Source: Candidatus Odinarchaeota archaeon
GTDB taxonomy: Archaea > Asgardarchaeota > Odinarchaeia > Odinarchaeales > Odinarchaeaceae
Length of the DNA stretch: 8,029 nucleotides
Direction: 5' to 3'
Assembly (NCBI GenBank): GCA_038826135.1
Contig: JAWBON010000052.1
Location: 1-8,029 of the forward strand
Under the pieces are notes generated by a model. That model was not told the DNA's origin. It saw nothing but the letters and a program-made list of their open reading frames with translations, and did not search any database. The position numbers and the translations under genes were made by a program. Positions 6,544-8,029 of this stretch are shown here, piece after piece (position 1 is the first letter of the stretch; each line of letters begins with the position of its first letter).

Positions 6544-6975
6544 TTGATGAAGTTTAAACAAAATTTAAAAGATATATGTATATTTATCATTATTTATTTT
6601 TTAATTTTAGTTCCTGTTAATTTAGTTCCAATCATAGCAGCCTATGGTTATAGTAGTATAATAATTAGCATAAACACTATTCTTATGATTGATTCATTTA
6701 ACATTTATACATTCACCACTTATGCAATTGTATCTGCGCTCTCCGCTGGTGTTGTAAGCTTTTTATTAAAAAAAACTAAAACTTCAATTATATCATCCTT
6801 TATTATAATAGCAATAATTACGAGTCTCAGTTTTATTTTAGATAATTCATTACAGTTCCCATTGATAGCCAAAATTGTAATCATATCCACGATAATTATA
6901 TCAACTATATTCGGTTCATTCTGCAATAAACTATTTGACAGTTATAATAGTTTTTTCAATAATATTGGAGGATAA
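6544..6975 (+). CDS. Hypothetical integral membrane protein, 143 aa, about 4 TM helices
   Basis: Uninterrupted ORF on the same strand as, and 6 nt ahead of, the next gene. It has four hydrophobic stretches separated by short polar or basic loops (KKTKT) and AGGCG upstream. The start could be TTG 6544 or ATG 6547. Confidence 0.75.
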   Translation: MMKFKQNLKDICIFIIIYFLILVPVNLVPIIAAYGYSSIIISINTILMIDSFNIYTFTTYAIVSALSAGVVSFLLKKTKTSIISSFIIIAIITSLSFILDNSLQFPLIAKIVIISTIIISTIFGSFCNKLFDSYNSFFNNIGG

Positions 6976-6981
6976 CCCTGA

Positions 6982-8029
6982 ATGCTCTGGACTGTTACGG
7001 TAATATTGTGGTGGTTCTGGCTCATATTTACTAATCTAATACCAGGCTGGTCGATATTACTGATATTTTACAGGGATCTTAAAAATAAATTTAACATTTT
7101 AGAAATATTCGCTTATTCTTTTTGCTTCGGCACTGCTTATTTAACGATTTTAGGTTTTATTTTAGACTGGACAATAGGTATAAATTTAATAAATATTATA
7201 ATTCCAACATGCGCTATTATTTTGGCAGCGTTGATTTTTCGAAGAAAATATGTAATTAAACAGTTGAGATTCCAATTTACAGCTGAGCGTTATAAAGGTT
7301 TAATACTTATATTTTTAGTGCTCGCGTTCGGATTGGTTATAAGAGTTGGCGTGCCGCTTGCAAACGAGATCTTAATGGCTTGGGATCCATGGCATTGGTT
7401 AAACATATCTAAGAACATTGTTTATCAAGGTCACTCACTTATAGGATTTAAACCGTTGTATCCTAGCGGTTACGCCTATATCACAGGAATATCATGTTTA
7501 TTCGACCTAGAACTTACATATTTATTCATTCAGCTTATTTCAGTCGGCTTATACTTCATAATAGGCTGTATTACAGTGATATGTCTATCAAATAAAATAT
7601 TGAAAAACAATAAAATATATTCATTATTTGGTGGATTGATTTTTTCATCATCATATTTTTTAGCCAGTTACGGCATGCTAGGTCTACCGCAAAATGTAGC
7701 TTTCGCACTCATACCAGCGGGTTTATTTTTCGCTTCTCAAAGTGGATTAACCAGAATTCAAGGATTTTTTCTAATAGTCGGCGTTTATATTATCCACAGT
7801 CCCTCAGCGATGCTTATTATAATAACTCTTTTTATATACGGGTTATACTATATAGTAACGAATAGAGAAGCAATACATTATAAAGAGACGAAGATAATTA
7901 TCATATTCTTATCGTTATTAGCTTTAACCACTATTGGAGTTGTGGTGGTATTTTTACCTTTCGTGGTCGAGTATTTCATAAAATTCACTTATGCTTCAAG
8001 TATTAAACCAGAACCTATACACTACCTGT
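6982..8029 (+). CDS. Large polytopic membrane protein, GT-C superfamily-like (STT3/PMT-type first external loop); partial, 349 codons, continues past the window
   Basis: Manual translation from ATG 6982 (SD GGAGG 6967-6971) is open to the window end: MLWTVTVILWWFWLIFTNLIPGWSILL...VIRVGVPLANEILMAWDPWHWLNISKNIV...LYPSG...GLPQNVAFALIP...IIHSPS...PIHYL. About ten hydrophobic segments are visible, with R121, D135-P-W and Y160-P-S-G in a GT-C-type loop. It is absent from the ORF track because it has no stop in the window. Confidence 0.8.
   Translation, partial: MLWTVTVILWWFWLIFTNLIPGWSILLIFYRDLKNKFNILEIFAYSFCFGTAYLTILGFILDWTIGINLINIIIPTCAIILAALIFRRKYVIKQLRFQFTAERYKGLILIFLVLAFGLVIRVGVPLANEILMAWDPWHWLNISKNIVYQGHSLIGFKPLYPSGYAYITGISCLFDLELTYLFIQLISVGLYFIIGCITVICLSNKILKNNKIYSLFGGLIFSSSYFLASYGMLGLPQNVAFALIPAGLFFASQSGLTRIQGFFLIVGVYIIHSPSAMLIIITLFIYGLYYIVTNREAIHYKETKIIIIFLSLLALTTIGVVVVFLPFVVEYFIKFTYASSIKPEPIHYL

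Noticed and set aside
191-6775. A7-A8 homopolymers in coding regions (191-198, 1013-1019, 3174-3180, 6768-6775) as phase-variation tracts
   Set aside because: They are short, all in frame as Lys codons, and expected at this AT content.
6720-6926. 68-aa minus-strand ORF
   Set aside because: It is antisense to the 4-TM protein, which fits the operon context with the downstream gene.
1-8029. tRNA, rRNA, CRISPR array, IS or transposase, integrase
   Set aside because: No cloverleaf, regularly spaced direct repeats, terminal inverted repeats or recombinase motifs were seen on manual reading.

Overview
AT-rich window, probably archaeal: the ribosome-binding sites are GGTGA/AGGTG type and the promoters carry TATA-like boxes. 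The lineage cannot be established from the sequence alone. It reads as part of a cell-envelope glycosylation region. In order it contains a cobalamin-binding (class B) radical SAM enzyme (+), a translationally coupled glutaredoxin/NrdH-like redoxin and ferredoxin:thioredoxin-reductase-like operon (-), three family-4 glycosyltransferases (one +, two -), a small 4-TM membrane protein (+), and a large polytopic GT-C-like protein that runs off the right edge and is missing from the ORF track. The main hidden feature is at about 3496-4119. The isolated 113-aa ORF there is the middle piece of a broken gene spread over three reading frames, which encoded a ~47-aa-repeat, beta-propeller-like protein with a C-terminal membrane anchor. 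No RNA genes, CRISPR arrays or mobile elements were seen. The link between the radical SAM enzyme and glycan or lipid modification is an inference from gene neighbourhood only.
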